Source of the DNA: Sumerlaeia bacterium
GTDB taxonomy: Bacteria; Sumerlaeota; Sumerlaeia; SLMS01; JAHLLQ01
DNA length: 38,568 nt
Direction of reading: 5' to 3'
Assembly: GCA_040219255.1 (NCBI GenBank)
Contig: JAVJSW010000023.1
Coordinates: 1-38,568, forward strand
Part shown: positions 7,833 to 17,055 of the stretch, piece by piece
How positions within the stretch are numbered: position 1 is the first letter of the stretch
How the letters are laid out: each line of letters begins with the position of its first letter
The notes under the pieces: generated by a model
Told to the model about the DNA's origin: nothing
Databases searched by the model: none
What the model saw: only the letters and a program-made list of their open reading frames with translations
Translations under genes and position numbers: made by a program

Positions 7833-8486
7833 ATGGCGTCAAACTTCGGAGGCACCGTTCGCGTGCCCCTCACCCCGCCGGACAGCGACGAGAAGCTCTG
7901 GGCGCAGATCGCCCAACTCGGTTCTCTGGCTGGTTATGTACTCTCCGGCGGATTGCTGAACTTCGTCGTGCCCGGCGTGATTTACCTGGTTTATCAGGAC
8001 AAATCGGAATACGTGCGCCGCAACGCGCTCGAATCCCTCGGCTGGCAGGTCGGGATGCTCGTGGCCAAAGTTCTCGCTGGCCTGGCGATCTTCATCTGCA
8101 TCGGCGTGGTCTTGCTGCCGCTCGTCGTGGTCCTGGAAATCTTCTATGTGATCATCGCCACGATGCGCGCCAACGAGGGCAAGATTTTCGAATATCCGGT
8201 GACCAGCAGTATGCTGTCGTCGTTTCTGCCGCCCCGCGAGAGCGTCCCGGAAGACGCCGCGCCCCAGCCGGCGATGGCGCCCTCCGCGGCGGCCCAGCCC
8301 GCGCCGCCCACGAATCCCGCGCCCCCCATGCCGCCCATCGATCCGGCGCCCGCCGCGACGCCTTCGACGTCCGAACTGCCACCGCCGCCTCCAGTTTCCG
8401 AGCCGGCCCAGGAACCGAAGGCGGATTCGCCCGAGGAACCCAAGCCCAATGAACCCAACCCCGAGGACGACGAGAAGAAGGCCTGA
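7833..8486 (+). CDS. DUF4870-like membrane protein with Pro-rich C-terminal tail
   Basis: DEKLWAQIAQL...VPGVIYLVYQDKSEYVRRNALESLGWQ...IIATMRANEGKIFEYP; about three TM segments. Confidence 0.85.
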   Translation: MASNFGGTVRVPLTPPDSDEKLWAQIAQLGSLAGYVLSGGLLNFVVPGVIYLVYQDKSEYVRRNALESLGWQVGMLVAKVLAGLAIFICIGVVLLPLVVVLEIFYVIIATMRANEGKIFEYPVTSSMLSSFLPPRESVPEDAAPQPAMAPSAAAQPAPPTNPAPPMPPIDPAPAATPSTSELPPPPPVSEPAQEPKADSPEEPKPNEPNPEDDEKKA

Positions 8487-8507
8487 GCCGCCGCTTTTCC
8501 CCGTGCC

Positions 8508-9341
8508 TCAACCCTTGGCCTTGGTCTTCGCTTCTTCCCAGATCGCGTCCATCTCGGCCAGCGTCATGTCCTCGAGCTTGCGCCCCATTTCGCGGGCGCG
8601 GGCTTCGATGTAGTGAAAGCGCCGGACGAACTTGCGGTTGGTCCGGTGCAGCGCTTCCTCCGGGTCCACGCCCAGCAGCCGGGCCACGTTCACCAGCGAA
8701 AACAGCACGTCGCCGAACTCGTCCTCCATTTCGTCCGGGTCCATGGATTGACGGCCTTCGCGCAGTTCCTCGATTTCCTCGTGGATCTTGTCCCAGGCCG
8801 GATCGTCGGTGTCCCAGTCGAACCCCACGCGGCGGGCTTTGGTCTGGATGCGCTGGGCGCGTTGGAGCGCGGGGAGGGCCATGGGCACGCCGTCGAGGGC
8901 GGAGGGCGGTTTTTCCGCGCCGCCTTTGGCTTCGCGTTCGGCGCGCTTGATCGCTTCCCAGTTTCGCAGCACTTCGCCGCTGCCATCGACCACCGTTTCG
9001 CCGAAGACGTGGGGATGGCGGCGGATCAGCTTTTCGCAGATCGCGCGGTAGACGTCGTCGATATCGAAGTGCCCCTCGCGCCGCGCCAGGGCCGAGTGGA
9101 ACACGATCTGCAAGCCGAGGTCGCCCAGTTCGTCGCGCAGCTCGCGCATGTCGCCTTCGTCGATGGCTTCGCGCACTTCATAGGCTTCCTCGATCACATA
9201 GGGGCGCAGGCTCTGGTGCGTTTGCTCGCGGTCCCAGGGGCAGCCGTCCGGCGCCAGGAGGCGCTCCATGATGTCCACCAGGCGGCGAAAGGAATCGGGA
9301 TTGTCCGGCGCGGGGCGTTTCGGAGAGGTGACATCGGTCAT
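8508..9341 (-). CDS. mazG: Nucleoside triphosphate pyrophosphohydrolase MazG
   Basis: GCPWDREQTHQSL..Y.IEEAYEV, ELGDL, KLIRRHPHVFG, GFDW, EFGDVLF tandem MazG domains. Confidence 0.96.
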   Translation of the reverse strand: MTDVTSPKRPAPDNPDSFRRLVDIMERLLAPDGCPWDREQTHQSLRPYVIEEAYEVREAIDEGDMRELRDELGDLGLQIVFHSALARREGHFDIDDVYRAICEKLIRRHPHVFGETVVDGSGEVLRNWEAIKRAEREAKGGAEKPPSALDGVPMALPALQRAQRIQTKARRVGFDWDTDDPAWDKIHEEIEELREGRQSMDPDEMEDEFGDVLFSLVNVARLLGVDPEEALHRTNRKFVRRFHYIEARAREMGRKLEDMTLAEMDAIWEEAKTKAKG

Positions 9342-9496
9342 GGCGGCGTCCTGTGGGGGGCGTTGAAGGGGGCGCGAGCCTGAGGCCAAGTGGCGGCGGA
9401 ACGCAAGGCGCGGAAGGTGAAAAAAGCGTCTCGCCACCGCGCGCGGGCGCTGATAGACGTCGCGCCAGTTCAACCCCCAAACGAGGTCGCCGTCCC

Positions 9497-10549
9497 ATGA
9501 GCAACCAGCCTCCCGTCCCCGATTTGTCGCCGTCCTCGGCCGAGTGGGTGCCGCCCGGCAAGCGCGTCCGCTGGGGCATTATCGGTTGTGGACTGATCGC
9601 ATCGCACGCCGTCGCGCCAGCCATTCGCTGGTCCAAACTCTCCGTGCTCCACCGCGTCGGCAGCCGCAACCGCGATCGCGCCCGCCTTCTCGCCAACGAC
9701 CTCGGGGCCGAGGGTTACTGCGGCTCCTACGAGGAACTTCTCGCCGACCCGGACATCGACGTCGTCTACATCGGTCTGCCGAACGGCCTGCACGAGGAAT
9801 GGGCCATTCGAGCCTTTGAAGCCGGCAAGCACGTGCTCTGCGAGAAGAGCCTCTCGCTCAGCCTCGATTCCACCCAACGCATCGCCGCCGCCGCGGAAAA
9901 GGCTGGCCTGCGGCTCATGGAGGCTTACATGTACCGCCACCATCCCCAATGGGACCGGGTGCGCGACATCGTGACCTCGGGGCGCATCGGCGAAATCCGC
10001 TCGCTGCGGATCGGGCTGGCGGGGTTGCTGCGCGACACCGGCGATCATCGCTGGAATCGCGTCCTCGGCGGCGGAGCGCTCTACGATCTGACCTGCTATG
10101 GCATCAACGCGGCGCGGTTCCTTTTCCGCCGCGAGCCCATCAAAGTCTGCGCCATGGCGGACCTGACCATGGAGGAGCAGGTCGATCGGACCAGCAAAGC
10201 CCTCCTCGACTTCGGCGATGGACGTCTGGCCACGGTGATGGGCAGCTTCGTCCTCAGCAACCACCAGTACTGCGACATCGAAGGCACCGACGGCCGCATC
10301 CGCGTCGAGCACCCCTTCATTCCCGGCTGGGAGCAAACCGGCATCGTGGTCGAGGCGGGAATCGAGGCGCAGCGCATCGTGATCGGCGGGGCCAACCACT
10401 TCCTGCATCAAGTCGAGCACGTCTCGCTTTGCGTGCTCGATCCCTCGCGGACGCTGCTGCCGGGCGAAAACGGCATAGCCCAGGCGAAAGCCAACCAGGC
10501 CACGGAGGAAGCCTTCCGCACCGGGCGCACGGTGGCCGTGCCGAAGTAG
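9497..10549 (+). CDS. Gfo/Idh/MocA family NAD(P)-dependent oxidoreductase
   Basis: WGIIGCGLIA Rossmann motif, DVVYIGLPNGLH, GKHVLCEKS, GGGALYDLTCY. Confidence 0.93.
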   Translation: MSNQPPVPDLSPSSAEWVPPGKRVRWGIIGCGLIASHAVAPAIRWSKLSVLHRVGSRNRDRARLLANDLGAEGYCGSYEELLADPDIDVVYIGLPNGLHEEWAIRAFEAGKHVLCEKSLSLSLDSTQRIAAAAEKAGLRLMEAYMYRHHPQWDRVRDIVTSGRIGEIRSLRIGLAGLLRDTGDHRWNRVLGGGALYDLTCYGINAARFLFRREPIKVCAMADLTMEEQVDRTSKALLDFGDGRLATVMGSFVLSNHQYCDIEGTDGRIRVEHPFIPGWEQTGIVVEAGIEAQRIVIGGANHFLHQVEHVSLCVLDPSRTLLPGENGIAQAKANQATEEAFRTGRTVAVPK

Positions 10550-10569
10550 AGGAGTGGGTCACCGGGGAA

Positions 10570-10700
10570 AATTAGCCGCCGATGAATTGGATGAATCGGA
10601 TTATTTAATAAGTTCTCTATGGCGCATGACTTTGTGTTTCGTCCATTAATTCCGGATGCCAACAAGCATCTTATTTATCCCATTTATCTGCGGCTCAATT
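10570..10700. repeat. AT-rich imperfect long inverted repeat between convergent genes
   Basis: 10570-10601 AATTAGCCGCCGATGAATTGGATGAATCGGAT vs reverse complement of 10668-10700 AATTGAGCCGCAGATAAATGGGATAAATAAGAT: 26 identities plus 3 G-U-compatible positions. Confidence 0.7.
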
Positions 10701-10721
10701 CCCGTCTGTGGTGAGCGCGCC

Positions 10722-12686
10722 TCAGCCCGGTGACGTCCCGTTGCGCCGGCTGCGTTCGCGCACCAGCGCGGTCGCTTCGTCCACGGGCATCGGGGGCCAG
10801 AGGTGGAAGCCCTGCAGGTAATCGCAGTTCAACTCGCGCAGGATGTTGAGTTGCTCGGGGTTTTCCACGCCTTCCGCCACGACGTCTTTCCCCAGGCCGT
10901 GAGCCAGATGGATGATGGTGGCGACCATTTCCCGGCCGCTTTTCTGACCCAGGCGCCAGATGAAGAACTTGTCCATTTTCAGCGTGCTGAACGGGATCGT
11001 GTGGATGTAGCTGAGCGACGAGTAGCCCGTGCCGAAATCGTCCATGCTGATGCCGACGCCCAACTCCTGCAGCCTCCGCAGCGTGTCCGACGTCGGGCTG
11101 GTTTGGGTCATCAGCAGCGTTTCCGTCAACTCGAGCCGCAGGCTCGTCTTGGGCAGCGAATAGTCGCGCATGCACTGCTTCACGGCGTCCACCAGGTTTG
11201 GGTCGCTGAGTTGGCGGGCCGAGAGGTTGACGCTGACGAAGGGGGCCTGCGAGTCCCTGGCGATGGCGCGCCAGCGGGCGGCGGTGGAGGAGGCCTCGCG
11301 CAGGATGAAGCGCCCCAGGGCATTGATGAAGCCCGACTTTTCCGCCACCGGGATGAAATCCGTCGGCACCACGTCGCCCAGCACGGGATGGGTCCAGCGG
11401 CAAAGCGCCTCGAAGCCTTCGATCTCGAGGGATTCGGTGTTCACGATGGGCTGGTAATTCAGATGGAATTCGCCGTGCTCCAGAGCCCGGTGGAAATCCG
11501 TTTCCAGATTGAACAGCCGCAGGTGTTCGCGCCCGATCTTTTCGTCGAAGACCATGATGTCCGGGTTTTCCGGCGATTTGGCTTGATAGCGGGCCGTTTC
11601 CACATCGCGCATGATGTCTTCCGGCGACGCGTAGGTGGCGGCCTGGGGCAGGAGACCGATGCTGGCGCGGAGCTGAAACCGCCCGTCGCCGTACATCGTA
11701 TGCAGTTGCTGCTCGATGGTGCCGGCGCGGGCGAAGGCTTCCTCGTCCGTGGCGACCTTGTTCAGCAGGCAGGCGAACTCGTCGCTGCCGGTGCGGGCCA
11801 GCATGTCCGAGGGGTCCAGCGAGTCGCGCAGGCGCTTGGCGAATTCGATCAGCAACTGATCGCCCGCTTCATTGCCCAGACTCTTGTTCACCACCGAGAA
11901 GCGATTGATGGAGACGGAAAGAACGGAAAACCCGTAGGTGTCGTCGCGCTGGGCGCGGGTCAGGGCCTGACGCAATTGCTCGAGAAACAGCGCCCGATTC
12001 GGCAATCCGGTCAAGGAATCGTGGAACGCGGCATGGAGAGCCTGCAACTCGGCCTGGCTGCGCCGGTTGATTTCCTGCTCCAGCGTCTTGTTCTGCTCGC
12101 GCAACCGGCGATAGAGCGAGTCGTTCATCATCGCCACGGCCATGTGGTTGGCGATGACTTGCAGGTGCTCCATGTCGATGCCCGAGAAGTCGCGCGGTTC
12201 GCTGCGCATGTAAATGCCCAGAATGCCAATGATCTGCCCATTGTCGAGCATCATCGGCACGCCCGCGTAAGCCCGAAAAATCAGATGTTTTGGATCGTAA
12301 TAGCCTTTGTCCTGGAGCGAGGATGTGATGCGGTGCTCTTCCACGTCCGGGATCATGACGCCCTGCTTGCCCGTGATGATCGAATTGGCGATGCCGGCGC
12401 TGGCGGACATGGTGGGTTTGAGGCGTTCCTCGGGCAGGCCGCAGGCCCCCAGCAGGTGCAGTTCGTCGCCTTCGACGCGGCGCAGAATGCAGGCGTCCAC
12501 TTCGAAAGCTTCACAGACCAGAGGGGCCAGTTCGCGAGCCTGCATTTCCGCAGTGGCGCGGTTGAGCACCAAGCGGCTCACCTTGGCCATCAGGTCCAGG
12601 CGCCGCTGGCTCAGCTCGAGAGCTTTGCGCAACGAACCCGGTTCGGAGGACGACGGTTCCGGAGGGGGATTTTTGGCCTCGGTCAT
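10722..12686 (-). CDS. GAF-GGDEF-EAL protein; likely active c-di-GMP phosphodiesterase with degenerate cyclase domain
   Basis: GAF (AYAGVPMM..GQIIGILGIY); HDSLTGLPNR; GSDEF; EAL, VSVNLS, ELTET, DDFGTGYSSL, KMDK, AEGVE, QGF all present. Confidence 0.93.
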   Translation of the reverse strand: MTEAKNPPPEPSSSEPGSLRKALELSQRRLDLMAKVSRLVLNRATAEMQARELAPLVCEAFEVDACILRRVEGDELHLLGACGLPEERLKPTMSASAGIANSIITGKQGVMIPDVEEHRITSSLQDKGYYDPKHLIFRAYAGVPMMLDNGQIIGILGIYMRSEPRDFSGIDMEHLQVIANHMAVAMMNDSLYRRLREQNKTLEQEINRRSQAELQALHAAFHDSLTGLPNRALFLEQLRQALTRAQRDDTYGFSVLSVSINRFSVVNKSLGNEAGDQLLIEFAKRLRDSLDPSDMLARTGSDEFACLLNKVATDEEAFARAGTIEQQLHTMYGDGRFQLRASIGLLPQAATYASPEDIMRDVETARYQAKSPENPDIMVFDEKIGREHLRLFNLETDFHRALEHGEFHLNYQPIVNTESLEIEGFEALCRWTHPVLGDVVPTDFIPVAEKSGFINALGRFILREASSTAARWRAIARDSQAPFVSVNLSARQLSDPNLVDAVKQCMRDYSLPKTSLRLELTETLLMTQTSPTSDTLRRLQELGVGISMDDFGTGYSSLSYIHTIPFSTLKMDKFFIWRLGQKSGREMVATIIHLAHGLGKDVVAEGVENPEQLNILRELNCDYLQGFHLWPPMPVDEATALVRERSRRNGTSPG

Positions 12687-12780
12687 CGGAAGAGTCTTCC
12701 ATTCCGTATTGACGGGTCGCGATTACGCTCTCCACTTCTCAGTTTCGAGAGAGAGGAGAATAATCCTCCCCGCCGGATTG

Positions 12781-13287
12781 TCAACGGTAGAGCAGGACGT
12801 TGGCGAGCGCGGCGATCCCTTCTTCCCGGCCCACAAAGCCCATCCCCTCGTTCGTCGTGGCCTTGATGGAGACGCGCCCGGGGGGCAGGCCCAAGTCCGA
12901 GGCGATGTGCTCGGACATTTGTTCCAAATACGGTCCGATTTTTGGAACCTCGGCGATCACCATCACATCCGCGTTGCCCACGCGCCAGCCCCCTTCCCCC
13001 AGCAGGCGCCTCACTTCCCGTAGCAGATCGCGGCTGTCGGCGCCGCGCCATCGCTCGTCCGTGTTCGGGAAAAAATGCCCGATGTCGCGCAGCGCCGCCG
13101 CCCCCAGCAAGGCGTCGCAGAGCGCGTGCAGCAGGACATCGGCGTCGCTGTGGCCCAGCAGGCCGCGGCGGCTGGGAATCGTCACCCCGCCCAGCACCAG
13201 CGGGCGCCCCTCGGCGAAAGCGTGCACGTCGTAGCCCATGCCCACGGAGAAGGGCGGGCCGTCCTCTCTGAAGGCTGGCTCAGACAT
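12781..13287 (-). CDS. ispF: 2-C-methyl-D-erythritol 2,4-cyclodiphosphate synthase
   Basis: VGMGYDVHAF, GHSDADVLLHALCDALLGA, DIGHFFP, SIKATTNEGMGFVGREEGIAA. Confidence 0.97.
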   Translation of the reverse strand: MSEPAFREDGPPFSVGMGYDVHAFAEGRPLVLGGVTIPSRRGLLGHSDADVLLHALCDALLGAAALRDIGHFFPNTDERWRGADSRDLLREVRRLLGEGGWRVGNADVMVIAEVPKIGPYLEQMSEHIASDLGLPPGRVSIKATTNEGMGFVGREEGIAALANVLLYR

Positions 13288-14041
13288 GGTTGGGCGACTC
13301 CGTCAGGCAAAGAGACTCGGCCCATTCCAGGCCCGGCGGCAGGTCCGCGGCGGCGTACTCCAGGTGCAGCACTCGGCGGTGGGTTGGCGTCAGCGCTGGC
13401 GACGAAGCGTGCAGCAGCAAGGGCCGCATCGCGATGGCGCCGCCCGCCCCCACCGGACAGGCGCGCTCCTGCGTCCGGGTTCGCCAGACCGGCACGTCGC
13501 GGTCGCGCAGCCGGCCGGCCCGGTGCGACCCGGGCAACACGCGAAGCGCCCCGTTGTCCTCGCCGCAGCCGTCCAGGTGCAGGCGGATCGTCAGCATGCG
13601 CTCGAGAAAGGCTACCGGCGCTTCGACGTGGACGACACCGTCCTTTACCGACCACGGACCGAAACCCTCCGGCGCCGGATCGGGCTTGGCTTTCACGGCA
13701 AGGGTGACGTCCTGATGATAGGGCACGGTCCAGTTCGCGCCGGGAACTTTGTCGAAGAGAATCGCCCGCACCGCCCGCGCTCCAGGTCCGAGGACGTCTT
13801 CGACGATTTCCCGGACCGGATGGGCGACGGCGGCCCGGCGCACGATGTCTTCGCCGAGCAGATGGCGCATGGCGTGGACGGCTTTCTCCGCACCCCGGCG
13901 GTGGGCCTCTGCCCGGGCCTCCAGGCTCTCCGCGAAGGCGATCAGCCCGAGCCGGTCCGCCTCTGGCAGGATATCGGGCACGACGGCGAATCCGTAGCGT
14001 TCGGTTTTCAGGACAATGGGGGAAGCATTCATCGACAACAT
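13280..14041 (-). CDS. Phytanoyl-CoA dioxygenase (PhyH)-family 2OG-Fe(II) oxygenase (start may be 14032)
   Basis: FDK.P..NW.VPYHQD (HxD), IRLHLD...DNGALRVLPGSH, LLHAS, RRVLHLEY. Confidence 0.88.
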   Translation of the reverse strand: MLSMNASPIVLKTERYGFAVVPDILPEADRLGLIAFAESLEARAEAHRRGAEKAVHAMRHLLGEDIVRRAAVAHPVREIVEDVLGPGARAVRAILFDKVPGANWTVPYHQDVTLAVKAKPDPAPEGFGPWSVKDGVVHVEAPVAFLERMLTIRLHLDGCGEDNGALRVLPGSHRAGRLRDRDVPVWRTRTQERACPVGAGGAIAMRPLLLHASSPALTPTHRRVLHLEYAAADLPPGLEWAESLCLTESPNHV

Positions 14042-14119
14042 GCTCGTGCCATGGGATGCGATCGCCCCGAGTGTAAAGCCGAAGTTCCCGCCGGAGTCTG
14101 TACTAATCTTGTAGCGGTC

Positions 14120-14803
14120 CTATCGCAGCAGCGTTTCCGCCACCCGCAGGTCCTCCGGCGACGTGATCTTCAGGTTGAATTCCTGGTGCAGCTTGACGGC
14201 GGTGGCCAGGCCGATCCGCTCGAGAGCCTGGCCTTCATCGGTGGCGCGTTCGGCGCCGGGCGCTTCGAGGGCCCGCAGTAACGATTCACGCCGGCAAACC
14301 TGCGGAGTTTCCGCCCGCGCACATCGTGATCGGTCGATCGTGTTGGCAATACGCGAACCGTCCTCCGCCAGAAACTTCAGCGTATCCGTCACCGGCGAGG
14401 CGACGATCACGCCGTGCAGCGTCGCGTCCTGGCGAAGCATCGCGATCGCCTCCCGCGTGGCCGCCAGCGGCGGAAAGGGCCGCGCCCCATCGTGAACCGC
14501 CACGATCCCGCACGCCTTCGAGAGGGCCGCCACACCCACCCGCACCGAGTCCGCGCGCTCCGCGCCCCCGGGCACGGCCTTCACATCGTCAGGCAGTTGA
14601 CCGGCGATGTCCTCCCACTCCCCGCTTTCGATCAGGTCCGGCGGCAACACCACCACCCATTCGCGGAATTCCATGCGCTCGAAAGCCCGCAGACAGTGCA
14701 GCAGCAGCATCTGCGAGCCGAGCGGCACGAACTGCTTCGGGCGCCCAAAGCGCGTCCCCTTGCCCGCCGCCACCACCACCAGGCCCACGTCGTCGTTTTC
14801 CAT
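14120..14803 (-). CDS. ispD: 2-C-methyl-D-erythritol 4-phosphate cytidylyltransferase
   Basis: AAGKGTRFGRPKQF, GGAERADSV, VAVHDGARPF, ETPQ, TDE, NLKITSPEDL. Confidence 0.93.
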   Translation of the reverse strand: MENDDVGLVVVAAGKGTRFGRPKQFVPLGSQMLLLHCLRAFERMEFREWVVVLPPDLIESGEWEDIAGQLPDDVKAVPGGAERADSVRVGVAALSKACGIVAVHDGARPFPPLAATREAIAMLRQDATLHGVIVASPVTDTLKFLAEDGSRIANTIDRSRCARAETPQVCRRESLLRALEAPGAERATDEGQALERIGLATAVKLHQEFNLKITSPEDLRVAETLLR

Positions 14804-14807
14804 CGGC

Positions 14808-15569
14808 CTATCTCCGTTCGTAACCTAGAATGCGGTTCAGCACGCGCCGGCAAACGCCACGAAGAATGCCCAGTTCCTCGGCCGTCACCCCCGCCCGCAG
14901 AGCCAATCGCTGCATTGTGAGCAGGGTTGGGGCCAAAGGCGCGCCGCCCGGCCGCTGATACTCCGCGGCGATCAGCACCTGTTCCAGATGGGCGATCAGG
15001 CCTTGGATTTCGGCGGAAGTCACCGGCTCCAGGGTTCGGGATTCCTCGACCGAGGACGAGGCCGCCACCGCCGCCACCCCCATCAGTGCCACCGCCACCG
15101 CGTGCGACAGGTTTAGCGACGGGCAATCGGCAGCCGTCGGAATCGCCCACCGCGCCGCACACAACGAGGCTTCGCCGGTGGTCAAACCGTGGTCCTCGCG
15201 CCCGAAGACGAGAGCGGTTTCCGATTCGCTGGGAAAATTGGCAAGCAATCCGCCGGGCAGAAACCCCTCGAAATCGGTGGGCCGCTGTTCGCCTTCGTGC
15301 CGGTCGAGAGCGATGCTGACGTGGCAGGGCGCAAGGGCTTCCGCCAGCGAATCCACGATCCGGGCGTTCTCCAGGATGGGCGATCCGGCCAAGGCCAGCT
15401 TTCCCGCCGGGCCCGCGACGGACACATCGCATCGGGGCTCTGTGACCACGAGTTGGCGGAAACCGAAGTTCCCCATCGCCCGCGCCACAGCGCCCACGTT
15501 TTCGGCCGTTTGGGGCGAGACGAGCACGACTCGCCACCGGGCGAAGCGATCCGGCGCCGGCGGCGTCAC
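14808..15569 (-). CDS. SPOUT RNA methyltransferase, TrmJ/LasT family
   Basis: GTG at 15569 overlaps the serS stop (GTGA); VVLVSP...ENVGAVARAMGNFG, ALVFGREDHGLT, SLNLSHAV. Confidence 0.9.
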   Translation of the reverse strand: MTPPAPDRFARWRVVLVSPQTAENVGAVARAMGNFGFRQLVVTEPRCDVSVAGPAGKLALAGSPILENARIVDSLAEALAPCHVSIALDRHEGEQRPTDFEGFLPGGLLANFPSESETALVFGREDHGLTTGEASLCAARWAIPTAADCPSLNLSHAVAVALMGVAAVAASSSVEESRTLEPVTSAEIQGLIAHLEQVLIAAEYQRPGGAPLAPTLLTMQRLALRAGVTAEELGILRGVCRRVLNRILGYERR

Positions 15570-16846
15570 TCGGCGGCGATGCGGTCCGAGCCGAAAACGC
15601 GGTGCAGCGCCGGCGGCAGCAGAACCGACCCGTCGGCCTGCTGGCCGTTTTCCAGCAGAGCGATCACGAGGCGCGGAAGCGCCAGCCCGCTGCCGTTGAG
15701 CGTGTGCACGAACTCGGGCTTGGCTTTCTGCTCGCGGCGGAAGCGAATGCCGGCCCGCCGCGCCTGGAAATCCTCGAAGTTCGAGCACGAGCTGACCTCC
15801 AGCCAGATGCCCATGCCCGGCGCCCAAACCTCGATGTCATAGCACTTCGCCGCCGCGAAGGACATATCGCCGCTTGCCAGATTCAGCACGCGATAAGGCA
15901 GGCCCAGCGCCTCGAGCAACCCCGTCGCGTTCGCGGTCAGTCGCTCCAGCACGTCGTAGGAGGTTTCCGGCGCCACGAATTGCACCATCTCGACCTTGTC
16001 GAATTGATGGACGCGCGAAATGCCCCGGTTTTCCTTGCCATAGGAACCGGCCTCGCGCCGGTAGCAGGGCGTGTGGGCCACGTGTTTGATGGGCAGTTGC
16101 TCCATCTCCAGAATTTCGCCCGCGTACAGGTTCGTCACCGGAACTTCGGCGGTCGGGATCAGGAACGCGTCCTCGCCCTCCATCTTGTACATGTCGTCTT
16201 CCATCTTCGGCAACTGACCGGTTCCCGTCAGGGACTGGCGCGTCACCAGATGGGGGACGTGGACTTCCGTATAGCCATTCTGGGTGGTGTGCGTGTCCAG
16301 CATCCAGTTGATCAATTTGCGCTCGAGCCGCGCCCCGTCGCCCTTGAGAACGAAAAAGCCGCTGCCACTGATCTTCGTGCCGCGATCCAGGTCCAGGATG
16401 CCCAGGGATTGGCCCAATTCCCAGTGGGGTTTGGGCTCGAAATCGAAGGCGCGCTTCTCACCCCAGGTGCGCACTTCCGCGTTTTCCAATTCGCCGCCGG
16501 TGGGGGCGCTCTCGTGGGGGAAGTTGGGCAGGCGAAGCAGCAGGTCGTTTTGCTCCGCATCCACGCCGCGCAGCTCCTCGTCGAGGGCCTTCATGCGTTC
16601 GCCGACGTCGCGGCTTTCGGCTTTGATGGCTTCCGCTTCGTCCTTCTTACCGCTCTTCATCAGGGCGGGGATGTCTTTCGAGAGCTGATTGCGGCGAGCC
16701 TTCAGGGTGTCGGTTTCCTGGATCAGCTCGCGGCGGCGGCTGTCGAGCGCGAGAATCCGGTCCACCTCGGACGCGTCGATTTTCTTGCGGGCGAGGCGGG
16801 CCTTCGTGTCGTCAGGGTTGTCTCGAAAATACTTAATATCGTGCAT
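15566..16846 (-). CDS. serS: Serine--tRNA ligase
   Basis: N-terminal coiled coil; LIPTAEVP, YRREAGSYG, HQFDKVEMV, EVSSCSNFEDFQARR, HTLNGSGLA. Confidence 0.98.
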   Translation of the reverse strand: MHDIKYFRDNPDDTKARLARKKIDASEVDRILALDSRRRELIQETDTLKARRNQLSKDIPALMKSGKKDEAEAIKAESRDVGERMKALDEELRGVDAEQNDLLLRLPNFPHESAPTGGELENAEVRTWGEKRAFDFEPKPHWELGQSLGILDLDRGTKISGSGFFVLKGDGARLERKLINWMLDTHTTQNGYTEVHVPHLVTRQSLTGTGQLPKMEDDMYKMEGEDAFLIPTAEVPVTNLYAGEILEMEQLPIKHVAHTPCYRREAGSYGKENRGISRVHQFDKVEMVQFVAPETSYDVLERLTANATGLLEALGLPYRVLNLASGDMSFAAAKCYDIEVWAPGMGIWLEVSSCSNFEDFQARRAGIRFRREQKAKPEFVHTLNGSGLALPRLVIALLENGQQADGSVLLPPALHRVFGSDRIAAE

Positions 16847-17055
16847 GGGTCGTCGGTGATCCTGCCCGGGCAGCGGGGGCGTCTGGGGAGATTCGCAAGG
16901 GCGTTAGAGGTCTCTCGCGAGGCGCCCCCGGGTCAACCGGTGAGTTCAGGCGCGCCGTTCTCCAAGGTCTTGAAAAAACCTTGCCGCAACCCGTCTCTTT
17001 CGCGTCCTCTCCTCGTGGTTTCTGCGACTTCGCCCAAGGGAAGGCCACCGCGACG

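Noticed and set aside
10803-12866. 687-aa plus-strand ORF; similar long antisense ORFs at 15602-17128, 16933-18591 and 24445-26373
   Set aside because: Each mirrors a well-supported gene on the opposite strand, which is typical of GC-rich DNA.
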